NCBI GenBank assembly: GCA_040954595.2
Contig: CM082577.2
Location: 18,264,303 to 18,328,302, forward strand
DNA from: Balanoglossus misakiensis
Lineage: Eukaryota > Animalia > Hemichordata
Length of the DNA stretch: 64,000 nucleotides
Direction of reading: 5' to 3'
Under the pieces are notes generated by a model. It worked only from the letters and a program-made list of their open reading frames with translations. It did not search any database and was not told the DNA's origin. Both the position numbers and the translations under genes were made by a program. Shown piece by piece: positions 25,503 to 37,330 of this stretch (positions are counted from its first letter, which is position 1; the number at the start of each line of letters is the position of its first letter).

Positions 25503-26239
25503 TGTATGACATGTCATGGTACATTGTCCATAACACAACTCTAAAAATAGCAATAATGTTGCTTAGCTACTATAGACTTGGACGGTACTTAAGACAAACA
25601 TAGTACAATACCAGATTGCAAGTGCAAAGTTTCTTGACAATATTCTTGCGGCAGAATACCCTTTGCATACATACATGCGCATCTGTGGACAGAGGAACAC
25701 ACATGTAAATGAATAATTTCAAGGAAAGAAGCTAGTTGCTGATTTTTTGAGATATTCTAAGGATAAAGATATTCTAAGGATCTCAACCAAAGCATGGAAC
25801 CAAATATGTAATCCTTGTTCCAGACTATTTCTGGTGGTACTAACAAGTGAATTACAGTACAGATACAATGTAAAATACAAAATGTCTTTTGCTAATGCAC
25901 GAAAACAGAGATATCTTGTAACAGTCTTCTAAACAAGCGGCCTGTATGAACTGTGGTTTCTGAGAAGAAGTCAATTGTTGACAGACGGACAATCCACCTA
26001 TCTGATAAGCTCTGCGTTGTTGACAGCAGAGCTAAACGTGTATAGTGTATCCCAGTATATCAATAGAATACAATGTATGCTCAACTGACAATATAGAGGA
26101 ACACCTCTGCAATATAACTTTGCAATTAAGTTCAGAATATTCAACTGTGATATAACATTCCATAGATCACACCTAAATGTGAGTTCATTAATTGCTAGAT
26201 CATTTCTGTCCTTTCTATTCAACTGGCACTCTGTATCTA

Positions 26240-29200
26240 CTAGACATTACCAAAATCACGACTATTTGCTAGAGCAAAAGTTAGTCTCTCTGAGAATTCA
26301 TCTATGCAGCTGAAATATCTTGGCAATCGCAGAGTATTGGCACATGTATTGGAAGTGGGAACAGTGGAATTTGTGATAAATTCTATGGACAGCCTTTCTT
26401 TGAAACCTAAAGGGGGTATTGAATGTGCGCCTGTGAAGAATGAGAGAATGTCAGCAAGTGTTATGACAACTTCAGTAGATTCATTTTCACTCCCAGCATA
26501 CAGACTTGCTTTCTGATTCCCTGTAAGACATAAAATAAATGAAAATTGGAGAATGCACATGAGTTATATATAAAGTGGGCATTCAACCCATAAGACCCTT
26601 TTCTGCAGAAAGTTATTTAAAGGGGAAATAATTTACTGCATTTTGTATTTTTAATCTTTTTGGCACTTAATACGTGGTTACTGACCTTTAGCACATTCAT
26701 CGATGAATTCAAACCAATAGTACATAGTAGTTTCTTCTTGTGTTCTGTTATTCGACCCACTTGGACTATATTCCACATGCATAGCTTTAAAGTAATCAGC
26801 TGATGGATACAACTTCTTACTGAAACACATGAAGTGCTCCATAGACCCTAATTAAAAGAATAAAAAAAGATTGCGTAAATATACCTCTGTGTATCTGTTC
26901 AGATTAATTTTTAAAAACTTGGTCTTATTATAGATAGCCCCTAACAGAGAGATCCCTCCATTGGAACCACCATATTACCTAGATAGATTCAAAGTTTACA
27001 TGTATTGTTTTCATCAAACGGTTCATCTGGAAAGTGTTGCATGTGAAGTGAATCCAATGCCTCACCCAATCTCCACGCAAACACTTGGGGTGGATAATTC
27101 TAACCTAGCTAGGGAGTCCGACCACTACCCCCCACCAATCTCTGCCACAGGCGACAATTCACACCCACTTTTTGGGTGTTGCGCGTTTTCTATAATATAC
27201 ATTTCCTGTTTTTTTATGTTTAATATTTTGAACCAAAAAATATAAGAACTAAAAAATGCACCAGTTTCAAAGTCGATCCTCGATTCTGTGAACACTTGCA
27301 AAACATAGATCCTGCTCTGGGTTACATAAATGTAAATTAACAATTCAAGATGGCTTCCATATTTATTGAACCAACTGAGCACGCGCAGAACTGAAAGAAG
27401 ATCCGGTCTGGAATATTTAAATTTGCCTCTGGCAGAGAATAGTGGCTATTAGTCAAACTCCCTAGCTAGGTTAGTCTCTGTGTGGAGATTGTGCCGCACC
27501 CTGAAGAGAATAACCTAGCTATATTTCAATAACTGGAACAAATTTCGCAAAATTTGCAGAAATTATAATCATACTATTTCTAAGATTTAACAATGCTGTG
27601 AGACAGTTGGCAGTGGCATGCAAGTTAATTGCTTATTTGCATATTGACAATTTTTTGCAATTAGGCACCACATCTTGAAAATTAACTGTGCAATTTAATC
27701 AGTGACTGTATACATACCAGGTTCTGCCTTTATCAATTCCTTTACATTCAAGATGTTCATCCCATCTGAGAATTGGTTTATCCCGGATATTGCTTTATAT
27801 ACGCAGTGATGTGCTATTAGATTTTGAAGAATTGCATCTTTCATGTCTAATGTGATTGTATCGATGGGATCCGTACAGCCTGTTATATTGGCAACGCTTT
27901 CTTCGCCAATACGAGATACAGCAATTCTGAGGTCCTCATTTGTGTTACTGGACTGGATCTGTATAAATAGGATACAGGGTTATAATTAAAGTACTTTATT
28001 TACACAGAGTTTACCTTAATAAACAAAATTGTCAACCATGTTGAAGAATATCTCAATACCTATGCAGTGGAGGCAGTATCAACGTAAACAAATACCAAAA
28101 AAAATCCTTTTCCTTTGAGAATGAATATTGCAAATGCAAAGGTATTACACATGTATGTCACTGAAAGGTGTCTCCAACAAAACTGCCTATACCATATCTC
28201 AGTAATACTTAAAATACAATTTTTGACCAAAATGACCCAAAATCCAGTCACTCTGACAACAATCACCAAGGAAAGGCATGCGCATATGTAAATTCATAGG
28301 TCTTTGCCTTCATGCTAACTCTTAACAAAATGGCAAGCAGGATTGCACAGTAATACTAATAGTTTAAGTATCATTTTTGCCCAGAAGTCAGAAAAATATT
28401 CAAATAAATAAAAAAATACAGATGTCGACACAATATGAACAAATCTTCATAGATTTTGTCTAAGGTACATAGAAACTATATACAAAGGCAATCTGGTCAG
28501 CATTTTCAGAGGGTTTTTTTTAGTTTTCACAATTTTTGGACAGTTGAAATACACACACACACACACACACATACATACATACATACATGCAGACAGGCAT
28601 TTATTCAAGCCTATTGCCATATATGCATATGGCATATGCGAGCCAAAAATCTCACCTGCTTCGCTATCAGCTGTATCTCATAACCAGGAATTTCATCAAC
28701 GTCTTTCATTTCTGCAACACAGCCTTTTGCCATGTATTGGAATGTTCCTTGGCTCAGGCAGTGTAGTCCTGGACCGCCATGGCAAAGAGATATAGCAACC
28801 ATCTTGCCTGCGGTGAAATACCTTCTTTCAGCCAGATAGTGCAAATCATGGGAAAAGCTTAGGTTGTTTCCTTGCCTTCAAGAACACCAGATGTTTTTAC
28901 AGCATTAATCAATAAACTGCAAAATTCCCTTCTTGGTCCCCCATCATCAACCGCACTTTCACCAATAAATGACACTTTCATCGGCTTGTTTAGGTGGAAA
29001 TCAGATCGATTTATGGCCCTTACAGCTGTTTGCCAAAAATTCGACCTTAAAATGTTAATGCGTTGATAATCATCATCATCATAATCACTACCAATTCCTT
29101 TGTTGTAATCCAAATGCATTTGTTCCACCTGGTGATTTAGTACTTGGACAGCATACTCCAGACTACATCTATATGACAATCAAAAAGACAAGAAGATTAT

Positions 29201-32200
29201 AGTGATTCAATCTGCAATGGTTTATCCAATTTTTTATAATTTAGAGTGCAATGAGTTGCAATTTTTTCCATTTTCTGTTTTTCAATTGTTGAGATTTGTA
29301 AAGACTGACCCTCTGGTGTCATTGTAATATTCAGTCATGGTGCTTTGTCCTTTGAACGAACAAAAATAAAAACAAACAATCACACAAACTGGCTGACTGT
29401 TTCCTATATTTGATCTCATTGCACACAAAAATCATATACAAAATAGTGCAATACCTTTGTACCATATTTGAAACAATCAGCATAGGAGCATGTCTGGATA
29501 TTTGCTCTGCACATACAAAAACACGAGCAAAATGCCTGAGTGGAAGCAATATTGGATCATATCTCAAAAAAAATTGAATTGCTCTGGACATTACAAAATT
29601 AAACTGGTGACTAGTCAACCATCTTGGATCAGATTGCAAGTAAAATGCCACACATATGAATGACATGTTACACTGTCCATGAGCCAAATTCTGTACAGCC
29701 ACGTCTAAGAAAACGTTCTGCAGTCAAAGCATGTACGCACACAAAACCTAATCTGTATGTCACAGTTTCATCTGATGGAGACTAAAAAGTATGAAAAACT
29801 TTGCAACAAATTCAGCTTATGTCCTTTTTATTTGCAAGTATTAGATTAATATTTTATTCAAAATGACCAAAAGAGTAGGGTGTAACACTATGGTGACACT
29901 GCAATGTCACTGTTTCCATGGAAACAATGTTTGGTACCACCTCTTTCCTTTGGTCTTTGTCGTGTCTTTTATGGTACCTTTTGCTCAGCAGAATATCAAG
30001 AATTTGAAGTGCTTATAGAATTTTCACCGCTGTGATAGGAGGTCTGGGTTGTTGTTTTATGTGTTTAACAAGATTTTGACAGACCTTGTGTACTTTCTCG
30101 ACCTGCCAGCAAATAAGCTGAACATGACAATTAAAACAAAACAAAAACTTTGAATCTGGTAAGTTCACATAGTTTTGAATGTGGTAAAATGGCTAAATCT
30201 CACAACTACTTAAAAGCCAACAATATTAATCAGTATTTGAATGAAGTAAAGTAAATGGACTTATTATGTGAAAAAAAAAGAATGACAAAGCATCACAGAG
30301 GAAGCGAGTACACACGTGCAAATGTCATACCTTGGGTACAGTGGAGCATTGTTAGCTTCTATGGTTTCTTCTTCATTTTCTTCTTGACTATCAACACTAC
30401 CAGTACTATCCAATATCTGTGAATAACTCCTATCATATTGGAAGTAACGTAAAAGTTACATTATCAAAGGTAGGACAATGGAATGTCACTCACTTACCAT
30501 TATGGTAACTATATTTGCATAATTTACATACACTTACATAAATGGCAGGTGTGTCTTTGGTTAAAATAACTTATCTAATGATCCAGGATACAATAAATCC
30601 CAGTCTCTGTATAGAGTATTTCTATTGGAGCTGCGCTATAAGTTATCGCTCTCATACTGTATGGATCAGTTACCCTCGATAGAGAACCACCCAATATACC
30701 TTGCCTGCAAGAAGTCGAACATATAATGTTGACACCAATGTATAATCAGTAATATGAATAGCTCTGGTATGACAAAGTCTACAATGGAGATAAAGAGAGA
30801 ATAGAAAAAGACAGAATACAGTTATTGTATTGTCTATCTTTGCAAATAATCTACACTGACTACAGTACTGATTTAGAAATACTGACCTGTCAAGAGCTAT
30901 CATCAGTGAATTAGCACTTCTAGTGTTCATATTGCAATGTCTTGCAGAAGTCAAGTCTTGGTTTTGACCAGAATGATTTCTAGAATAAATCAAAGTAAGA
31001 CTTAAATGGACACCTGGTCCAAATTTTAAAAGAGAACTTACGCTAGATTTTAGAGTTAAAACCAAGAAATGTGGTTAAAATCATGTAGTTAAAAACTTTG
31101 GTTTTACCCTCTTTCAGATGGATGTACACGCGGACACACACACACACACACAGACACAACAGTCTATGCCACAAGGTGCTCAAAAAAGTGTTTCAGCTAG
31201 ACAGGGCAATGGGGCAATTCCCCCTCTGTTGGCACCCCCTAGCAATTTGCCAAGGGGCAGCCAACCTATCATGAAATGATGTCAGTCACACCTTGGAGAT
31301 AGACAACAGTATATTCTTTTTCAAAAGAATTTGTTGAAGTCCCCCCTTACCGGAGTAGAATCCCCTCAAATATTCTGGCAAAGGGGGGCAATCCCCCCCT
31401 GGTGATGCCGACCTGGATGAAACACTGTCATTATTGATGTACAACCTGGTGTTATTTTCCCTATGGGCAAAGAAGTCTCCACCAGTAATGGAAGGCGAAA
31501 ACCAGTTAGCAAGTTTTTACAGGACAGAGTATCGTGCCTCAAGGAAATTCATCCAGGATTCCACAATATCAAACAAGTGAGAACTAAGAAATTCTCTGGC
31601 TGTCTGCATGTTGAGTACATGTAGTTGAGAAACAGTCACAAACTGATGGTCTGTTATTTCTGTCACTTCTCAATTGTAAAGAAAGTATTATCTACCTCTT
31701 CTAAATGAGTGACTGCAGTAAAATAAAGTGAAAATCCTGCAAGATTTAACAAAAACCGTAAGCTTTCTTGGAGCTGAATTCATGTAACAAGATTAGCTAC
31801 AAAATGTCCTCTGCACATTGATAATTCAATAGGTGACTACATAGTAACTTATTCAGCTGATTCATAACAGATCAGTTATTTGTAAAAAGTAATACACATG
31901 CACACATTACATGCATATTGATTTTGCCCAATTCCATAATTGCTAAAAGCAACTGTTATTAAAACTTATTTCCTGATTTTATTCCACTGATATTACATTT
32001 TCAATCGAACAAGCTTTACCAAAAATAAAGGTGGAAAACTAACCGTCTCAGTGTACTTGATTGCCTTGCTCTGTGTGTAGTTCTTTCAGGACTGCTTATT
32101 TGAACTGGAATCAGATCTCTGAAATGTCAATGATTGTAATTTATCAAACTATTACTAGTAATCTACAATAACCTTCAACATTTTATTGTAAAATTTATAA

Positions 32201-33994
32201 TTTGTAGCGGATGTTTTGCTCGACCCATGATTGGTAGGTTCTGAGTACAAATTGTGTCCAAACAGGGGTTGACCCCTATCCATGGTGTAAAGACGCCAGA
32301 TTCCTTTGCTTCGCTTGGACAAGTAAGTTTCCTTAAATTTGGTACAACCACATGAATAGACACTGCCAGACGTCCTACAGCGCCATCATAGCTTTGTATG
32401 ATCAACATCTGTAGTAGGTGTCGTCAAATTTGAGACTGATTTGATATATAACTCTAATTGCAAAAAAACATATGCAAATTACAAATTAATTGAAAAGACA
32501 CTTGTAAATGTCTTTCAATATACATATATCGATGGACTCTTCATAATTTACACCATCCTTTCTCTTTTAAAATGTGTATATTAAATATGCCTACCTGTCA
32601 CTATCCTCATCATCTTCTAGTTCTACCACCTCAAGTCCTCTGCATGCATCAATATGGTCCCTTAGCTGGGAAAATGGAATCTGTACATTACACTTACTGC
32701 ACATTTCCCTGGGAGCATTATTTATAGCCTATAAAATATAATTAAGTGCATTTCAAACAAAACCATTTCAACATTTAAAATAGCAGAGAAATTGTTTACA
32801 TTATAACTTTTGCAAAATGAAAAAACTTTACAGTGAAAACAACCTAATATTTGACGATGAGATTGTTCCAGATATTGTTAGGTTTGTAGTTTAGGTTAGG
32901 TAATTTGTTCCTAAATATTCTGAACTTGTTTCAAATATTGCCTACTAGCTGTATGTTCTCAAAGACAAAACTACTAGTAATAAACACTACAACAAACTCC
33001 AGACACATGCCTGCCTGTCAGTTGCCTCTGTGTAATTAGTGAGATCTTATCACGGTGTTGATTACCAGATGTAACTATGTAACTACATGTATAAACATGT
33101 GTTACAACACTGGTATCTGCAATAATAGGTGGTCTCAAAATTTACAAGCAAACTTTTACATTAAGTTGTAAAAATGACATCAAAGAAACCTTATTGGAGT
33201 CCCAGCAACTGCTGCAGGTTTATGGCATGCATAGCATATTAGTATAGCCATGAAAAGAAACACAAAATACTCACCGAAATTGTACTGGCCATATCTGATG
33301 GTGTAGTAATTGGCATTACTGGTGTTCCTTCGAGGTCGTTTTGTAAAGGGCGTATATACAGCTTAGCTTGCCCAGCCTCAGTGTTTAAACACATTTGTGT
33401 GTACCCCTCGGGTGGACAAGGTATTACAACTAATCGTCTGCTTCCTGGGTATGCACGACATATCTCATAGCCACCACCTTCGCTCAATTTTGGATATTCG
33501 TCAAGGAGCAAGTCATGAACCTCGGTAGCTGTACTACCAATAGGTATCGAAATTCTCCGCTCACCTAGTCCAACTTTGGACAAATCGGACCGCTGCTTCG
33601 GAGTTGGACACCACTCACACTTGGTACTGTCCACGCACACCCATACACGAGTCCAAGTTGGTGATACTGTGGATCTGCCTCTATTATTACTACTACTATA
33701 TACTCGCTGCTCGCTGCGAGATCTAAATCTCGGACGATGGCTCCGCCGACGTCCCGCTCCCGTTACGGCATTTCTGGCAAAATTGTCGTGGAATTCACGA
33801 ACAATATCACTGCTTCTGCTTCTTGGTGGTCGATCGATGTTTAGCTCAGCTTGACCAACACTGCTGTTGTTGTCAACAGTTGCCACATTATGGGCGCTAT
33901 CACGATGCGTATTAACATTCTCAAGGAGTGTGGCCGCACTATTTATCGCATCCCGACAGGCCCTAACCGCTTCTACGAGTCTATTGTCTGCCAT
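26240..33994 (-). CDS. Transposon-borne UBZ4 zinc finger + G2E3-like HECT E3 ubiquitin ligase (~741 aa after repairing a 1-nt frameshift). Exons 33994-33275, 32728-32595, 32118-32044, 30429-30331, 29168-28656, 27958-27718, 26847-26686, 26520-26240
   Basis: All junctions are GT-AG and phase-compatible. UBZ CSKC-x11-HIDAC. HECT motifs VSFIGESAVDDGGPRREF, YFTAGKMVAISLCHGGPG, NQFSDGM, YSPSGSNNRTQEE, ILSFFTGAHSIPPLGF, catalytic PTSNTC and terminal DFGNV*. One base is missing at ~28867-28869. Confidence 0.85.
27069..27491. mobile_element. Degenerate TIR MITE in a HECT-gene intron
   Basis: CAATCTCCAC...CTAACCTAGCTAGGGAGT...TCTCTGCCACAGGC is an inverted match to 27422-27491. Confidence 0.55.
31187..31427. 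mobile_element. hAT-like MITE remnant in a HECT-gene intron
   Basis: AGTGTTTCAGCTAG...CTGGATGAAACACTG termini with GGGGCAATT/CCCC subterminal motifs. Confidence 0.45.
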
Positions 33995-34079
33995 AGTTCA
34001 TTTCAGCCTTCACTGTTTACCCACCACGCGTGCTGTTTCCAAGACTGTCGTCGGCCACGGCCCGCGAAACTTTCATACC

Positions 34080-34623
34080 GTCGCCATTTTGTGCAATGAA
34101 TTCTGGGTACCGGGCAAGAGTTCAAATAATAAAGTAGGTCAGATAATGTCGAGCGAACCAAATAATGGCCGAGGTAATGGTCGAGGTAATGTCGAGACCA
34201 CGACATAAATACCAAATAACAAAATAATGACATAATAGCATAATAATGATGAGAAAACTTCCAAATAAAGACATCGGTACTGAATAATGACATAATAACG
34301 GCCAAATAACGAAATAACGGCATAATAATGACCGAGGTAATGTCGAGCGAACCAAATAATGGCCGAGGTAATGGTCGAGGTAATGTCGAGACCACGACAT
34401 AAATACCAAATAACCAAATAATGACATAATAGCATAATAATGATGAGAAAACTTCCAAATAAAGACATTAATACTGAATAATGACATAATAACGGCCAAA
34501 TAACCAAATAACAGCATAATAATGGCCAAGGTAATGGCCAAATAATGACATAATAGCATAATAATGATGAGAAAACTACCAAATAAAGACATCAGCTATT
34601 TTTGGCGGTGTTCTCACCCCATA
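34080..34623 (-). repeat. Right TIR (544 bp) of the IS3EU element, with an internal 194-bp duplication
   Basis: TAATGTCGAGCGAACC recurs at 34144 and 34338. Otherwise it mirrors 20466-20828. Confidence 0.92.
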
Positions 34624-35229
34624 GATTTTGACACACGTTGCCATAAATAGGAAGCTTTAGAGCAAATTCCGTAGTTACGTAAGTATTGCCATCGACTGTC
34701 AGTGCATGTCACATGATCGGTGGATGCAGCCACGACCAGTGCCAGAATACCGTTTTCCGTGTGTGTGAAGTGGCCTAAGCAACGGAAAGACTGTTATCAT
34801 TCGAGGATAATAGACGTCAATATTTAGCGGACATATCTTAACGAAATGACCCGCCAAAGTGGATGAAAAACACCAGTTCTTATAAAACTGTGACATTTTT
34901 ACCCAACATACCAGGAAGGTTTATGAAGTGTGGCCAGTATAGTCTTCAAACTCATTTCTTTACGTGATAACTAAATGGCTGCAAATGACTTGCAAACCAT
35001 CTTTTAAATGACCTGGGGTCAGTGACCACAAGTCGTGATTGTTTTCAAGTGTGCATAACATGTACATGTAATTGTAGGAAATCCAGGTGTGATGAATCCT
35101 GATGAAATTCTTTTTTTCCCTTGATTTATGGGAGATCTGAATGACATAATTTTCGAAGCTCTCTTTAAACGCTAAATCCATGTTTTTAGTGAGATATACA
35201 TAAGTAGTCAATATCACAATGGCAACACG

Positions 35230-37175
35230 CACAGTCGAGTAGGGCGCAGATAAAAGCGATCTAAGAAGTGTGCTGTCAGAAGAAGAGGTATTGGAGTCGG
35301 AAAATGAAAGACCCGCGACTATATACAGAGCTCGTTAAAGACACTCGTGGCGGTTCGCGAAGAACTCGAAGAGAAGCTAAAAAGAGGAAGAAAGCAAAAC
35401 GTAAACGATAAGTAGCTAAGATGTAAGGCTTCTTTGCCACCTATGAACTCAAATAACATACATTTGTTATCTCTGAACTGTCGGGGTTTAAGAGGTGATG
35501 AGAAAAGACGACAAATATTTCAGTGGTGTAGAGACCAAAAACCACATGTATTATTGCTACAGGAAACTTACTGGGACGAACAAATTCAAGATCAAATTTG
35601 CAGAGAGTGGAAAGGGAAAATGTTCCATTCTTTTGGTACTAACCACAGTAAAGGGGTTACGATTATGAAAAAATTGGATCATGAGATAAAGTATTCAAAA
35701 AGGGACCAGTATGGGAGAAAATTACTTGTATCTTTAGATATCAATGGTGAAACATTTACTATATACAATGTAGTTAATATTTACGCACCAAATCAACCCA
35801 AAGAAAGGGGGCTTTTCTTTATGTCTTTGAAATGTTGGATTCAAAAACATACGAATGGGGATGATTACGTGTTCATTGGAGGTGATTTCAGCACCGTTTT
35901 AGATGCGAAGGTTGATTCATTTGGAACGAAGTGTCATTCTGTTAAATCTAAGAAACTAGACGGGATTTTGAAATATTTTAAATTGTGTGATGTATGGCGA
36001 GAAATGAACCCTGCTAAACTACAGTTCACCTGGAGACAAGTTAACCGTGGAATTGAGAGTAGACTTGACTTTTGGTTAATTCCCCATGACTTTCTTTCTA
36101 GTGTTAACTCTGCCGATATTCGGCCGACTATTAGAACAGACCATAATGCCATTTCCTTAAAGATTAGCCTGAAATAAATATTGTAAAGGCCCGGGATATT
36201 GGAAGCTCAATACGAGTCTACTCAAGGATGATAACTATAGAAGAATAATAAACTACGTCATAACACAAGCCATAACAAATTATCAAAAACTATGATTATA
36301 GAAATTATTAGATTTAATTAAAATGAAAGTCAGAGAAGCAAGTATTATGGAAGGGAAAAGGAAAAATATAAAAAAAGAGACAAGCAATAATTCAAGAACA
36401 GCTTAAAGAAATTGAAGATAAATTACTTAGAGATAACAGGGGAAAGGAAGACCTAATAAACATTTATGAAGACAAAAAGAGGGAACTAACTCAGCTATAC
36501 GTAAATAAACTACGTGGGATTCAAATTAGATCCAGGGTGAAGTGGTACGAAGAAGGAGAAAGAAACAGTCGTTATTTCCTGGGACTAGAAAAGAAAAGAT
36601 TTAGAGCAAAACATATAAACAGGTTGATGGTTAATGATAAGGTTATTACAAAGACAGATGAGATATTAGCAGAAGAAAAGTTTTTTTTGTGAAGAACTTA
36701 ATAAATCCGAAAGTGTTAATAACAGTAAAGTTAAAAAATACATAAATGACATTGAAATAGAGTCTAAGATCAAAGCAAGTGAGGCATTAATGTGTGATGG
36801 TAAAGTTTCTGAGGAGGAATGTCTAAAAGCCATGCGCAGAATGAAAAGCAACAAAACACCAGGACCAGATGGCATTCCTATAGAATTTTAGAGAGTGTTT
36901 TGGAAAAATATAGGTAAGATAGTAGTAGACACTTTTAATGAAGGTTATAATAAGGGTGCGCTAGCCAATTCTCAGTGTAATGGTATCATAACGTAAATAC
37001 ATAAAAAGGAGTGTAGGCTTAATCTAAAAAATTGGAGGCCCATATCGCTGCTTAATCATGATTACAAAATATTATCATGCGTGTTAGCTAATAGATTAAA
37101 TCAGGTTATACCTAAGTTGATTAGTACTGACCAAGTGGGCTATATTAAAAGACGTTTTAGTGGCCAAAACGTTCG
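35230..37175 (+). pseudogene. L1/Tx1-clade LINE fragment (ORF1 basic tail, APE endonuclease, start of RT), degraded and 3'-truncated
   Basis: ...KKRKKAKRKR* then LSLNCRGL, LLQET, NIYAPN, GGDF, SRLDFWLI, TDHNAI, GPGYWKLN, RSRVKWYEEGE, KTPGPDGIP, NWRPISLLN. Contains stops and frameshifts and is cut off by a 21-bp array. Confidence 0.88.
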
Positions 37176-37176
37176 G

Positions 37177-37330
37177 CTTAGTATCTCGTGCTCACGACTT
37201 AGTATCTCGTGCTCACGACTTAGTATCTCGTGCTCACGACTTAGTTTCTCGTGCGCATGACTTAGTATCTCGTGCTCACGACTTAGTTTCTCGTGCGCAC
37301 GAATTAGTATCTCGTGCTCACGAGATACTG
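37177..37330 (-). repeat. 21-bp array (same unit as 19219-19498, opposite orientation)
   Basis: Repeated CTTAGTATCTCGTGCTCACGA. Confidence 0.9.

Larger units (their letters stand above)
20466..34623. mobile_element. Full-length IS3EU-type DNA transposon (14,158 bp) encoding a transposase and a UBZ-HECT protein
   Basis: Termini TATGGGGTGAGAACACCGCC...GGCGGTGTTCTCACCCCATA. Perfect 6-bp TSD GATTTT (20460-20465, 34624-34629). Long near-identical TIRs and two convergent spliced genes. Confidence 0.92.

Noticed and set aside
28860-28880. Programmed -1 frameshift in the HECT gene, by analogy with bacterial IS3
   Set aside because: There is no correctly phased X XXY YYZ slippery heptamer, and the shift falls mid-domain. 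A 1-nt deletion is the simpler explanation.
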